From positions 1 to 64,000 of IMG/VR virus record IMGVR_UViG_3300045988_171772: a stretch of 64,000 nt of DNA, one strand, 5' to 3'. The position numbers were made by a program, and so were the translations under genes. Within the stretch, counting starts at the first letter, position 1. Each line of letters starts with the position of its first letter. Below, in pieces: positions 46,630-55,704 of this stretch. The stretch is from a virus. The notes under the pieces are model-generated. The model did no database searches. It saw only the letters and a list, made by a program, of their open reading frames with translations, and had not been told where the DNA came from.

Positions 46630-46722
46630 AGAATACGATACTAGGTAGGGTATTAGAGATACTAGGGATATCTCTCTATCCTATCATTAGAGGAGTATCG
46701 TATTCTTATATAGACCATTGGG

Positions 46723-47227
46723 ATGATCTATATCGCTACTTATATTAGGAAATTGAAAGATCGTAGTGGGAATTATGTAGTACCTGATACTAGAGCATCT
46801 TGTGTCTACTTTGATGACAACACCTCTCTGTCTAAGTTGACCTTCTATCCAGTAGGGTCTATCTATCAGAGTGTCAATGAGACTTCACCTGCTTCTCTTT
46901 GGTGGAGATTGGGAGAGACAGTATGACAGATTTCTCATTGGTGGAGGTAAGACATATAAGATGGGAGAAAAGGATAGCTCCGCTACTGTATATATTGCTA
47001 CAGAAAACCTTCCTAATCATACACATATGATCGGTGACCCTGAGTGGAGACTGATGATCGGGGATGAACCTACTCTACCAAACAAAATCTGGGTTGATGC
47101 TGGATATGATCAAACTTCAGATAGATCCATTCCATTATATTATGAATGGAGAGATCAGTATACCTCTGGAGTAGGTGGTGGGGTCCATCATAATAATATA
47201 CCTCCGTATAGAGCTATTGCTATGTGA
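46723..47227 (+). pseudogene. tail-collar-domain fibre protein (copy B), frameshifted at about 46898-46902
   Basis: ORFs 46723..46926 and 46871..47227 together match copy A. SPASL|FGGDW needs 2 extra T in the T-run (T3 here, T5 in copy A). Ends HHNNIPPY. Confidence 0.6.
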
Positions 47228-47341
47228 ATTCGTAATGCATAATTCCTAAATATTCACTCTATGATTTCATAAAACTAATGAAGTCATAGAGTGACTTTAT
47301 TCTATCCTATACCTTATATACTGGAAAGGAGTATATAGAAA

Positions 47342-47788
47342 ATGAATATCGTCTTTGATAATGATAGCAACCCTAATGAAATCTATTCTATCTCAATTTA
47401 TGCTAATGATCCAGAGATCTATTATATCGATGATGCTAGATTCTATAGAATGGGATATAATACCCTCATTGGTTCTATGAATTTTCGTATAGATATAGAG
47501 AAAGCCATTGAGAAATTCAAGAAACCTGAGACATCTCCCTTTATCAACTATGCGTTTCATACAGAGAGACATCCCGAATATGCCCTCATTCCTATGATGT
47601 TTACCGCTATTCCCAATAATCCAGATGTACCTCCTTTATTCGGTATTACGTACAACGATGGAAGTATCTCTTTGGATCTAGCAAATGTATTATCTATGAT
47701 ACATACATCAGAGGATATTGAGAGATACAAAGAGGGATACTCCTCTGTCAGACTCCATTTCTCTACATTCTATCGTAAGATGGAATAA
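47342..47788 (+). CDS. hypothetical protein (downstream of the fibre gene; assembly-factor guess)
   Basis: GAAAGGAG RBS, 148 aa. Confidence 0.55.
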   Translation: MNIVFDNDSNPNEIYSISIYANDPEIYYIDDARFYRMGYNTLIGSMNFRIDIEKAIEKFKKPETSPFINYAFHTERHPEYALIPMMFTAIPNNPDVPPLFGITYNDGSISLDLANVLSMIHTSEDIERYKEGYSSVRLHFSTFYRKME

Positions 47789-47897
47789 AAGAATCATCTT
47801 AGATTCTAAAAATGATCGACTATAATAGTTTACTATTATAGAATACTATAAGAAGACACGAGGGGATAAGTAGATATCATATGGAGGTATACTACTT

Positions 47898-48164
47898 ATG
47901 CCTGATAAGCTTTTATCTCCTGAATATGGACTTAGCAATTCTAAACTGGAAGAATGTAATACTTCTCCTTCTGATGTAAGAAGTGGAAAGACATTCTATA
48001 GTGGAGATACTTCAGATAGATCTCCACAGAAAGGATATGTAAACTCGACTCTTGTGAGATATTATAACTCAAGCGTGAAAGCATTTACTGCCATGCCTGA
48101 ATATATAAATGTGAATTGCTGGCAAAGGTGTCCTAAATTCAATTCCAATAAGAAACTAGATTGA
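47898..48164 (+). CDS. short fibre-like fragment
   Basis: GGAGG RBS. ..SPSDVRSGKTFYSGD.. motif common in Firmicutes phage fibres. Only 88 aa. Terminator follows. Confidence 0.4.
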   Translation: MPDKLLSPEYGLSNSKLEECNTSPSDVRSGKTFYSGDTSDRSPQKGYVNSTLVRYYNSSVKAFTAMPEYINVNCWQRCPKFNSNKKLD

Positions 48165-48854
48165 TAAGAGATATCTTAGGATGCTAGAGGGTTTTCCTTG
48201 TCGTTTTCCCTTCTAGTAGTCTGACTGAGGGTATTTCTTTACTCCTTTCTTTCCATATGAGAGATATCATTACTTCTTGCCCCCACTTCCCTTGCTAAGA
48301 AGAATCATCTCTCATATGGATCTTTTTGTATAAAAAAGAAGGGATAAGGAATTTCCCCAATAATAAATAAACTCCTTATCCCGGTAAGTGCGAATATACT
48401 ATAGAGTAAAAGGTTGAGTATTATGCGCTATATGGTTCCGTAAGTTTCCTAAAGCCAATATGTCTCTCACGAAGATATCTGACCATAGGATTTCTCTTAC
48501 ACATGCCATACAGAAGATACTCCTGCTTAGTATTGACAAGATATTCATGATCCTTGGAATTCGGGTCATATTGATTGGTGAAATGTCAAAGAGCGTAGTC
48601 TTCAGAATTTTCCAATCTTTCTTTTTGGATATCTAATGTCTGAATGTAGTCAAGTACATCCTTTATTTCAAGCAGTGGGTTCTGCATAAGTATCATACCT
48701 TTAGTCCCATATGGAATGTCCCCTAAGACTTCCATATGGGATTTTCTATAAGAATCTATCCTCACTTACCTATATAATATACAGAGATTTCTGAGATTCA
48801 ATAAACCCAGATAGATACTTATCTTCATTCTTAGTATCTATCTGGGTTTATCTC

Positions 48855-49010
48855 TTATTTCTCTTTATCTTTCAATCTCTCAATGTTCCATACATGAGTA
48901 TGGGCGATCTTTACCAGGATTTCATATGCTTTTCTTTTATTGGGAGCGTCACATTCCACAATGGAGATGTCGCCATTCTTTTTCGTCACATACCCAATAT
49001 AATGTCGCAT
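48855..49010 (-). CDS. hypothetical small protein
   Basis: 51 codons. ATG 9 nt after GGAGGA. Hairpin terminator downstream. Confidence 0.3.
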   Translation of the reverse strand: MRHYIGYVTKKNGDISIVECDAPNKRKAYEILVKIAHTHVWNIERLKDKEK

Positions 49011-49118
49011 AGGAAGAATCCTCCATTTCTATATGAGAGTAAAGATTTTTACCTCTCTGTATAAAAAAGAAAGGTAGGTATCTAGCTTTGATATACTAGA
49101 TACCTACCTTCTTAAGAC

Positions 49119-49562
49119 TTAGGAGTCATCTTTCTCGTCATCCATCGGGATATCAAACCAGTGATCGTTGATATACTTACCAACTTTCACCACAGGGTCT
49201 CCCTTGAGATGGTAGCTGCCATCCTTTCTCTTCTGATATCCATACTTCTGACAGGCTTCATCGAAAAGCTTCATGAATCGGTTGAAGTTCTCATGAATAT
49301 CATCGTGCATATCAGAGAAATCAAAGAGATCGTCCATAATTCTCTCAACGGGAGTCATAGAAGGAACGACATTCTCGAATTTCTCGGGAATAGTCATCTC
49401 GGCATCATCGGTTTCTTCCTGCTTCTTGATCCGAGAAATCTCGTTGACCAAAGCTTCCTTAGCTCCCTCAGGAGTATCGAAGTCGATGAAAGGATCATCC
49501 AAGACATTCTTGGCTGCCCGCAGGATGAGATCTACCTTTCTCTTATAAATAGAATCGTTCAT
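49119..49562 (-). CDS. hypothetical protein
   Basis: GGAGG RBS, 147 aa. Confidence 0.65.
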   Translation of the reverse strand: MNDSIYKRKVDLILRAAKNVLDDPFIDFDTPEGAKEALVNEISRIKKQEETDDAEMTIPEKFENVVPSMTPVERIMDDLFDFSDMHDDIHENFNRFMKLFDEACQKYGYQKRKDGSYHLKGDPVVKVGKYINDHWFDIPMDDEKDDS

Positions 49563-49566
49563 GGTA

Positions 49567-49779
49567 TTACCTCCAATTTTCCCGGATGAATTTACTGACT
49601 CTCATTTTCTGATTCTCGGTCAGAAGATACTCACCAGTCTTGGAAGGCTGGAAACAATAATGACTGCAAGCTCTCTCAAAGAGCTCGACATATTTGTGAA
49701 GACTTTCCATACCGATTTCAACCTTCCGCCGTGATCTGGGTTTGACTTCCATTGTTGCTGTCATCTTCCATTCCTCCAA
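49567..49779 (-). CDS. hypothetical small protein, paralog of the C-terminal half of 49119..49562 (start uncertain)
   Basis: LHKYVELFERACSHYCFQPSKTGEYLL...FIRENW versus FNRFMKLFDEACQKYGYQKRKDGSYHL...YINDHW. Confidence 0.45.
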   Translation of the reverse strand: MEEWKMTATMEVKPRSRRKVEIGMESLHKYVELFERACSHYCFQPSKTGEYLLTENQKMRVSKFIRENWR

Positions 49780-50767
49780 CGGGTTCGACAGAGATGACTC
49801 CCTGGATAATATTCCGATGAGGAATCTCCTTCAGAAGTTCCTCGGTTTCCTCCTCTGTCTTAGGAGAGCTCATGAGCATATTGTAAGTACGCAGAGAGGA
49901 GGAGATCTGAGAACCTTCCTTCTGCTCCAAGCTGTTGCTGATCTCCTCCGAACGATCCAGAAGAGTATTCTTCATCTCCGGAGTTGCATAGGCGGTCCCT
50001 TCGATGGAATCGAGGACACTCAGCAGACAATCCGAGGAGATGATACCGAACTTCTGAGACTTGATAAATTCATGGATGGCTTCGACATAGTTGATGGCCA
50101 TCGGATGGAAGATGACACAGTGATCAAACTTCCACCAATTGATATCCAGGCGAATGTCATCTTTGATTTTGCTCATGGCATCGGTACCATAGACGATGAG
50201 ATCGATGCTCTCGAAAGGAATCTCCTCATCGAGCATCTGACGGAAGGTGAACCCCTCCATCTTATTCTCATCCAGATAGACACCACTTATGGGATCTTTG
50301 GTCATCGCCCAACGATAGAAGGTGAACCCCATCGGATCATAGGTCAGAAGTTCGGTAAAGATCTTCGGACTCACATTCTGGAAATTAGTACCAACCTTAT
50401 TGAGAAGACGATTGGTCTTAGTGACGCGGATCATCTTCTTCTGAGGAATATCCACAATGCACTCTTCCAGGGAATTCATCGGTTGATTCGCATGGTTCGG
50501 ATTGAGGATGTCCTCCATATTGAAATTGGAAGGGACATCCTCTGGTTCATGATTGGCATTCATGATCTTAGTAATCTCATCAATGCCATAGTCGTCTTTG
50601 GCCTCGGGTTTGGAATGCATCGGAAAGGAGGCGGTCACCTCCTTATTCGTCTTCGCGTGATAGTGGTTCGGATTTGCTGCTTTCTTCTTCTGGTAGATGG
50701 TCATGCTGATCATCATGATTGCAAACATACCAAAGCCTACCAAGATACCAATCATAATCGGATTCAT
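49718..50767 (-). CDS. N-terminally membrane-anchored hypothetical protein
   Basis: GAAAGGA RBS. TM IMIGILVGFGMFAIMMISMTIY. Confidence 0.7.
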   Translation of the reverse strand: MNPIMIGILVGFGMFAIMMISMTIYQKKKAANPNHYHAKTNKEVTASFPMHSKPEAKDDYGIDEITKIMNANHEPEDVPSNFNMEDILNPNHANQPMNSLEECIVDIPQKKMIRVTKTNRLLNKVGTNFQNVSPKIFTELLTYDPMGFTFYRWAMTKDPISGVYLDENKMEGFTFRQMLDEEIPFESIDLIVYGTDAMSKIKDDIRLDINWWKFDHCVIFHPMAINYVEAIHEFIKSQKFGIISSDCLLSVLDSIEGTAYATPEMKNTLLDRSEEISNSLEQKEGSQISSSLRTYNMLMSSPKTEEETEELLKEIPHRNIIQGVISVEPVGGMEDDSNNGSQTQITAEG

Positions 50768-50841
50768 AATACACTCATATCCTTTCTTTTCAAAGAGAGA
50801 ATCTGAGAGGCTCCAAATTCTGCCATACCTCCTTCCTATTC

Positions 50842-53526
50842 TTAGGATTCTGCCTCCTTGACATTCTTCTCACAGACTCTCATGACAGTGATCATACCAT
50901 TGTCTTCCACATGCTCCTCGGTCGTCATAATGACATTGACACTATGACCTTCAAAGGTATTATTGTGCGACACGAGGAAGATTTGCTCGGCATTGATCTC
51001 TGCTATCTGTTTATATAATATATCGAAAAATTTCGTTCTGTCGGAGGCGTACAATGGGCCATCCATCTCATCCAGGAGAAGGATATTATATTTGGTCGTA
51101 GCCTGACGAATGAGCGCAAAACTCAATGCAAGAGAGATGATCGACCGCTGACCCTGACTGGCTTTTACGATGTCATCCACCATCGTTCCATTGATGGAAT
51201 AGGGAATCTTGAATTCATCCTGGGTGATGACGAAATCCAATACCTCAATGGAATCTCCAAAGACATCGGAAATCAATTCATTGAGAATCTCTTTGCAGCT
51301 TCTTAGGAAGAGCTGGATATAGACCAGAGGAATTCCCTTGGAGGAAGAGACAGCTTCCACGATATACTTGAGAATCTCCTGATCCTCCTGCATCTTCTGA
51401 AGATCTTTGGAAGTGGACTCATATTCAGATAGAGCCAACCGATTTTGATCTTGGATTTCCTGCAAGACTTCGAGATCCTTCTGATTGGACTCGATCATCA
51501 TGAGGATAGGTTCCATCTTTCCTCTGAGTTGCTTGACTTTCTCCATCACATCCTTCTTGGAATCAAATTCAGATTGAAGCTGATCCTCATCACGCTTCTT
51601 CTCTGTGATCTGATCCCAGATCCTCTCATTCTCCATCAGACGAGTTAATGCTTTCTGAAGATCATCCTCCTTCTTCTGGAGATTGCGGTATTCCTCCTCT
51701 AAGTCAGAGCATTGCTTCGAGAGAGATTCTCCTTTCTTCTGTAATTCCTCATACTCTGTCTGAAGTTTCCCGGCATCACTCGCCTTGATAGATTCTAGCT
51801 GAGACTGAAGATCAGTCAATTGCAAAGAGAGCTTATTCTTCATCTCATAATTCTCAGATTTTTCAATACATCTCATGAGAAGATCATGATCATACCAGAC
51901 TTGACTCTGAAGAGAGGAGAAGATAGACTTGAAATCTCTTGCAATCAAGACATGAAGATTGGAGAGAATAGGAGCAATCTCATTCCACACCACTCTCATC
52001 GCCGAGATCTTAGAGACAATCACCGGATACTCTGCATATCGATCAATCTCCTTCTCGGTGAGATCAAGATTCTCCCGATTCTTTTTCGTCTCCTCATCCA
52101 TAGGAAGTCCCTGAAGAGTCTCCGCTACCGTAATCGGATGCGTCTTATAATAGGGACAGTCATGAGTCGGACAATCCGGAGGAAAGAATACAACATCTTC
52201 CGGTTTATACTGCTTCAGATAGTCGAAATTATTGAGTCTCTTCTGGATCTTACTCCTCACCTTGAGAAGCACCTCTGTCTTCTTCTTGGCAATGGTGAGA
52301 GAATAATCTCCATGTCGAAGAATATCCTGGACAGATTCGGGATTGTATAGAGAGATCTCGTGGATGAGAATATTGATGGTATTGATATGGCTCATGACTC
52401 TCATGAGAGTGGTGGAGTCATACTGATAGGAATAGGAAGAGACACTCTCACTCAATTCCACAAACTTCTTCTGGATCTGGTCATACTGATTCTCCAAGGT
52501 CTTGATCTGATCCTGAGAGACAGAAACCAATTTCTTTTCCAGAATGGTCTCTGCTTGCAGTCGGGTATCCTGACATTGGGCATCCAACTGCATCAACTGT
52601 GCCGAGATGGACTCCATCTTCTGCTTTCCAGCTCCAATGGCAACCAAGATATCTGAGATAGATCCATAGGGAGATTGAGAAGCATTCTCCTCCATTCTCT
52701 TTTCCAGATCTTCAATCTCTTTCTGCTTGGCATGGATCTGTACCTGGAGTTCGTCCATATACTTGGAGAATTCCGTTACGGTCATTCCATTGGTGGAAGA
52801 TTGAATCAGGACATTCATCGAGTTGAGTTTTTCTTGTAACTCTGCATTTTCTTCGGTGCGGATTCGAATCTGCTCAATCCCCTTCTCATACTGATTCCGG
52901 ATCTCATCAATATTTCCTTTACTGACTTTCGCCAGTCGATTGGTCATGACAGAGACCTGAGCATTCATCATCCGAAGATCATCATTCAGCTTTTTGTAAA
53001 GCATGGTATAGACTTCGGTATCCTGAAGAAGATTGGCCATGAAGGACTTTCTCTGAGAAGAGGGAAGATCGATCATGTTGGTGACATTGGGACCCAATCG
53101 AATGAGAGTCAAGAGATTCTGATCAATCCCAAGTTTGCTCTCCACCAGCATCTTGAAGTTGGTGGGAGATCCTGTGGGATTCAAATCTTTACCATCTTCA
53201 CTGATATAGGACCGAATGGTATGATGACCATTCTTCCAGGTATAGGTATGGACGATCTTGTAGAGTACATTTCCATCCCGGATATGGAGTTCTTTTCTCC
53301 CATTCTCTCCTGGAATTACGATTCCATCCTGGTTTCTGGCATCAATTGTACCAAAGTTGGCAAAGGGTTGGAGATGACCTAAGATCACCGTCTTACAGGA
53401 TCCCATCTTGCCAATAATAACATTGATCACCTTGGTATTCTCATAGAAGTCAAGATAGACATCTCTGACTCCGAGACCGGAATAGATATGAGAGAAATTG
53501 TGAAGGTGAAGATAAAGGATCTTCAT
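50842..53526 (-). CDS. Rad50/SbcC-family SMC-like ATPase
   Basis: Walker A GKMGSCKT, long central coiled coil with a Cys pair (CPTHDCP) mid-way, signature-like SQGQRS, Walker B LLLDEMDG. Confidence 0.85.
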   Translation of the reverse strand: MKILYLHLHNFSHIYSGLGVRDVYLDFYENTKVINVIIGKMGSCKTVILGHLQPFANFGTIDARNQDGIVIPGENGRKELHIRDGNVLYKIVHTYTWKNGHHTIRSYISEDGKDLNPTGSPTNFKMLVESKLGIDQNLLTLIRLGPNVTNMIDLPSSQRKSFMANLLQDTEVYTMLYKKLNDDLRMMNAQVSVMTNRLAKVSKGNIDEIRNQYEKGIEQIRIRTEENAELQEKLNSMNVLIQSSTNGMTVTEFSKYMDELQVQIHAKQKEIEDLEKRMEENASQSPYGSISDILVAIGAGKQKMESISAQLMQLDAQCQDTRLQAETILEKKLVSVSQDQIKTLENQYDQIQKKFVELSESVSSYSYQYDSTTLMRVMSHINTINILIHEISLYNPESVQDILRHGDYSLTIAKKKTEVLLKVRSKIQKRLNNFDYLKQYKPEDVVFFPPDCPTHDCPYYKTHPITVAETLQGLPMDEETKKNRENLDLTEKEIDRYAEYPVIVSKISAMRVVWNEIAPILSNLHVLIARDFKSIFSSLQSQVWYDHDLLMRCIEKSENYEMKNKLSLQLTDLQSQLESIKASDAGKLQTEYEELQKKGESLSKQCSDLEEEYRNLQKKEDDLQKALTRLMENERIWDQITEKKRDEDQLQSEFDSKKDVMEKVKQLRGKMEPILMMIESNQKDLEVLQEIQDQNRLALSEYESTSKDLQKMQEDQEILKYIVEAVSSSKGIPLVYIQLFLRSCKEILNELISDVFGDSIEVLDFVITQDEFKIPYSINGTMVDDIVKASQGQRSIISLALSFALIRQATTKYNILLLDEMDGPLYASDRTKFFDILYKQIAEINAEQIFLVSHNNTFEGHSVNVIMTTEEHVEDNGMITVMRVCEKNVKEAES

Positions 53527-53885
53527 ATGTTTACAATGCCTCCATGCTCACTGACGAATCTCTCGACATCATCCATGGCAACGTTTCCGTAGATATACCG
53601 AACTCCATCACCAGGAAGAAATCCAGTAGTCTCACAGAAATAATGATCGTCTAGAATCGGATCGGAATCCAGAAGACCAACCTCAACCGAGATATACTTC
53701 GAGGTAAACTCCTTCGGTTTGGAATAATGACAGGGAGATCCCTGAAGAGAGATAATGGTTCCATCTGCACAGACTGCTCAAGGTCTCACCGACATATAGA
53801 TCATACGATACTCCGGATCATGGGCATTATGATTCCGCATCTTGTAATAGGATGATTTCATCCAATCTGCTGCTGTCATAGACAT
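53523..53885 (-). pseudogene. ORF interrupted by a single in-frame TGA (53778-53780)
   Basis: One frame runs from ATG 53885/53879 to a TGA that overlaps the ATG of the Rad50-like gene (ATGA). ..MSVRP*AVCADGTIISL... Confidence 0.45.
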
Positions 53886-53922
53886 AAAATCACATCCTTT
53901 CTGATAAGATGATATACGCTAT

Positions 53923-54189
53923 TTACTGATGTCTCTTTTTCGGTTCATCCATATAGGTGAACCAATTCCCTTGGGAATCCTGCATGATGGGTTTGTGACA
54001 GAATCTGCATCTGGAATGAAAACTACATCCATCATAGTATTCATCCCCATCATCCGGTTTGTGCCATTCCAGGATCCCATGATAGAACCAGGTCATTGCC
54101 TTGAAGGGATGGACATACCAGATGAATCCAAGGATCCATAATAGACCAAGGAGAAAACCCAGAATGGAAAAGACATACAACATACTCAA
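53923..54189 (-). CDS. small membrane protein with a Cys/His cluster
   Basis: TM VFSILGFLLGLLWILGFIWY. C..H..C..C. Confidence 0.6.
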   Translation of the reverse strand: MSMLYVFSILGFLLGLLWILGFIWYVHPFKAMTWFYHGILEWHKPDDGDEYYDGCSFHSRCRFCHKPIMQDSQGNWFTYMDEPKKRHQ

Positions 54190-54974
54190 TCATCCTCTTC
54201 CTTCTCGAGATCTGGATTCGCGGTGCGGAATTCATCCGGATCTCCAATCGACATACTGAAGGTATCATCCGAAGATGCGATCAGAGGTTCATCGAGAGGA
54301 TCCCCAACCACATGCTTGGGATCTGCATCGGTGATGACAATGGCATACCGAAGATTGAAGGCTTCACATCCTCTCTCAAAGAGCAACCAGCTCAGCTGAG
54401 AGGTAGAGCTTCTCATCACAGATTTGAAGTTGAATCTGGCATTCTTATCCGGGAATTGATTCTGACACTGATCAATGTCAATTCCCTTCTTCTGAATTGC
54501 CATCTTCAGAATTCGTTTGAGGAGTTTGTCATTCTCCTGGATCTCAGGAATGAATGCCTTGGTAGAGACAGCCTTCTGTTTGGCATAGATACTCTCCTCA
54601 TTCTTCTCAAGATCCTTAGCCATCAGAATGGGATTCAGCTTTGCAATATGCTCCGGATCTGCCTTGAAGTACCTGCAGTGCTCCTCATTGTTGGGATCAC
54701 ATTCGACCAGATAATAGGTCTGGGTCTTTTTGTCCCAGTAGATACCAGGTTCATTTGCCAACTCTCTCAGCTGAGGACCCATATACCGATAGAAAAATCC
54801 ATTATAGAGATAGGCAGTCTTGGTGTCATACTCCCCAGAATCCGGATCCAACACCTTGATTCTCATACAGCCCATGGAACCCAGAAGAGCCATAGGCTGC
54901 TCATTCTCGTCCAAATAGCCTTTGGACTTCTCTTCTTCCACCTTGGGCAATTCGGTAAATGCAACGATTTTCAT
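54186..54974 (-). CDS. hypothetical protein
   Basis: GAAAGGAG RBS, 262 aa. Confidence 0.7.
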   Translation of the reverse strand: MKIVAFTELPKVEEEKSKGYLDENEQPMALLGSMGCMRIKVLDPDSGEYDTKTAYLYNGFFYRYMGPQLRELANEPGIYWDKKTQTYYLVECDPNNEEHCRYFKADPEHIAKLNPILMAKDLEKNEESIYAKQKAVSTKAFIPEIQENDKLLKRILKMAIQKKGIDIDQCQNQFPDKNARFNFKSVMRSSTSQLSWLLFERGCEAFNLRYAIVITDADPKHVVGDPLDEPLIASSDDTFSMSIGDPDEFRTANPDLEKEEDD

Positions 54975-54992
54975 AGAACGTTACTCCTTTCT

Positions 54993-55691
54993 TTATTTGA
55001 GGGAAAACCCTCTGGAATTCTTATTGGCGATGACATTTCCATGAATGACATCGTCGATTTTGTTATTGGGATTGGTGGCACTAAAGCCATTACTCTCAAT
55101 GACATTCTTGTGTCTCTCTGCAAAGGCATAGACATTCAGCAATTTGAATGTCTCCTCTGCATAGGAATACTGCTTGAGGACATAGACAAAACTGCGAAAT
55201 TCTGCATAGGTCATCGTCGTCTGAATGTCAATGTCTCTCAGATGGATGAGGATACCTTCAAAAGTATTGTCTCCTCTCCTACATAGAGTTGGAAGAATGG
55301 TAACTTCTTGGGTATTGGGATACTTCCTGGAATCTCGGAAGGAGATCTTGAGAGAGTTATAGGCAGAATTGAAGGCCAACTTATTCTCCTCATCATAGAT
55401 AAAGAGATCCTTCATATTCTCATCGGTAAACCAATTCAACGCTGTCATACATGATTTGGTCATCTCATAATACTCATTCTCCAGAAAGAAAGTGGTCTTG
55501 GTTGAGAATGGCATCTCCCTTCTGGATTTCGGGGATATTACCAGATTCAGCCATACATTCGGAATATCCATCTCTGGTATGCTATAGCTGCCATCCTTCT
55601 TGGCATAATAGGAAAACTTCGGAATTGACACTACTGATGTGAGCTTCAATTCCGAAGTTGCAAATAGACATCTGGATAGTTTGTCAATCAT
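54993..55691 (-). CDS. hypothetical protein
   Basis: AAGGGAG RBS, 232 aa. Confidence 0.7.
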   Translation of the reverse strand: MIDKLSRCLFATSELKLTSVVSIPKFSYYAKKDGSYSIPEMDIPNVWLNLVISPKSRREMPFSTKTTFFLENEYYEMTKSCMTALNWFTDENMKDLFIYDEENKLAFNSAYNSLKISFRDSRKYPNTQEVTILPTLCRRGDNTFEGILIHLRDIDIQTTMTYAEFRSFVYVLKQYSYAEETFKLLNVYAFAERHKNVIESNGFSATNPNNKIDDVIHGNVIANKNSRGFSLK

Positions 55692-55704
55692 GAGAGAATC
55701 TCCC

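Noticed and set aside
53778-53780. Selenocysteine insertion at the in-frame TGA.
   Set aside because: I see no SECIS-like hairpin immediately downstream and no selenoprotein context.
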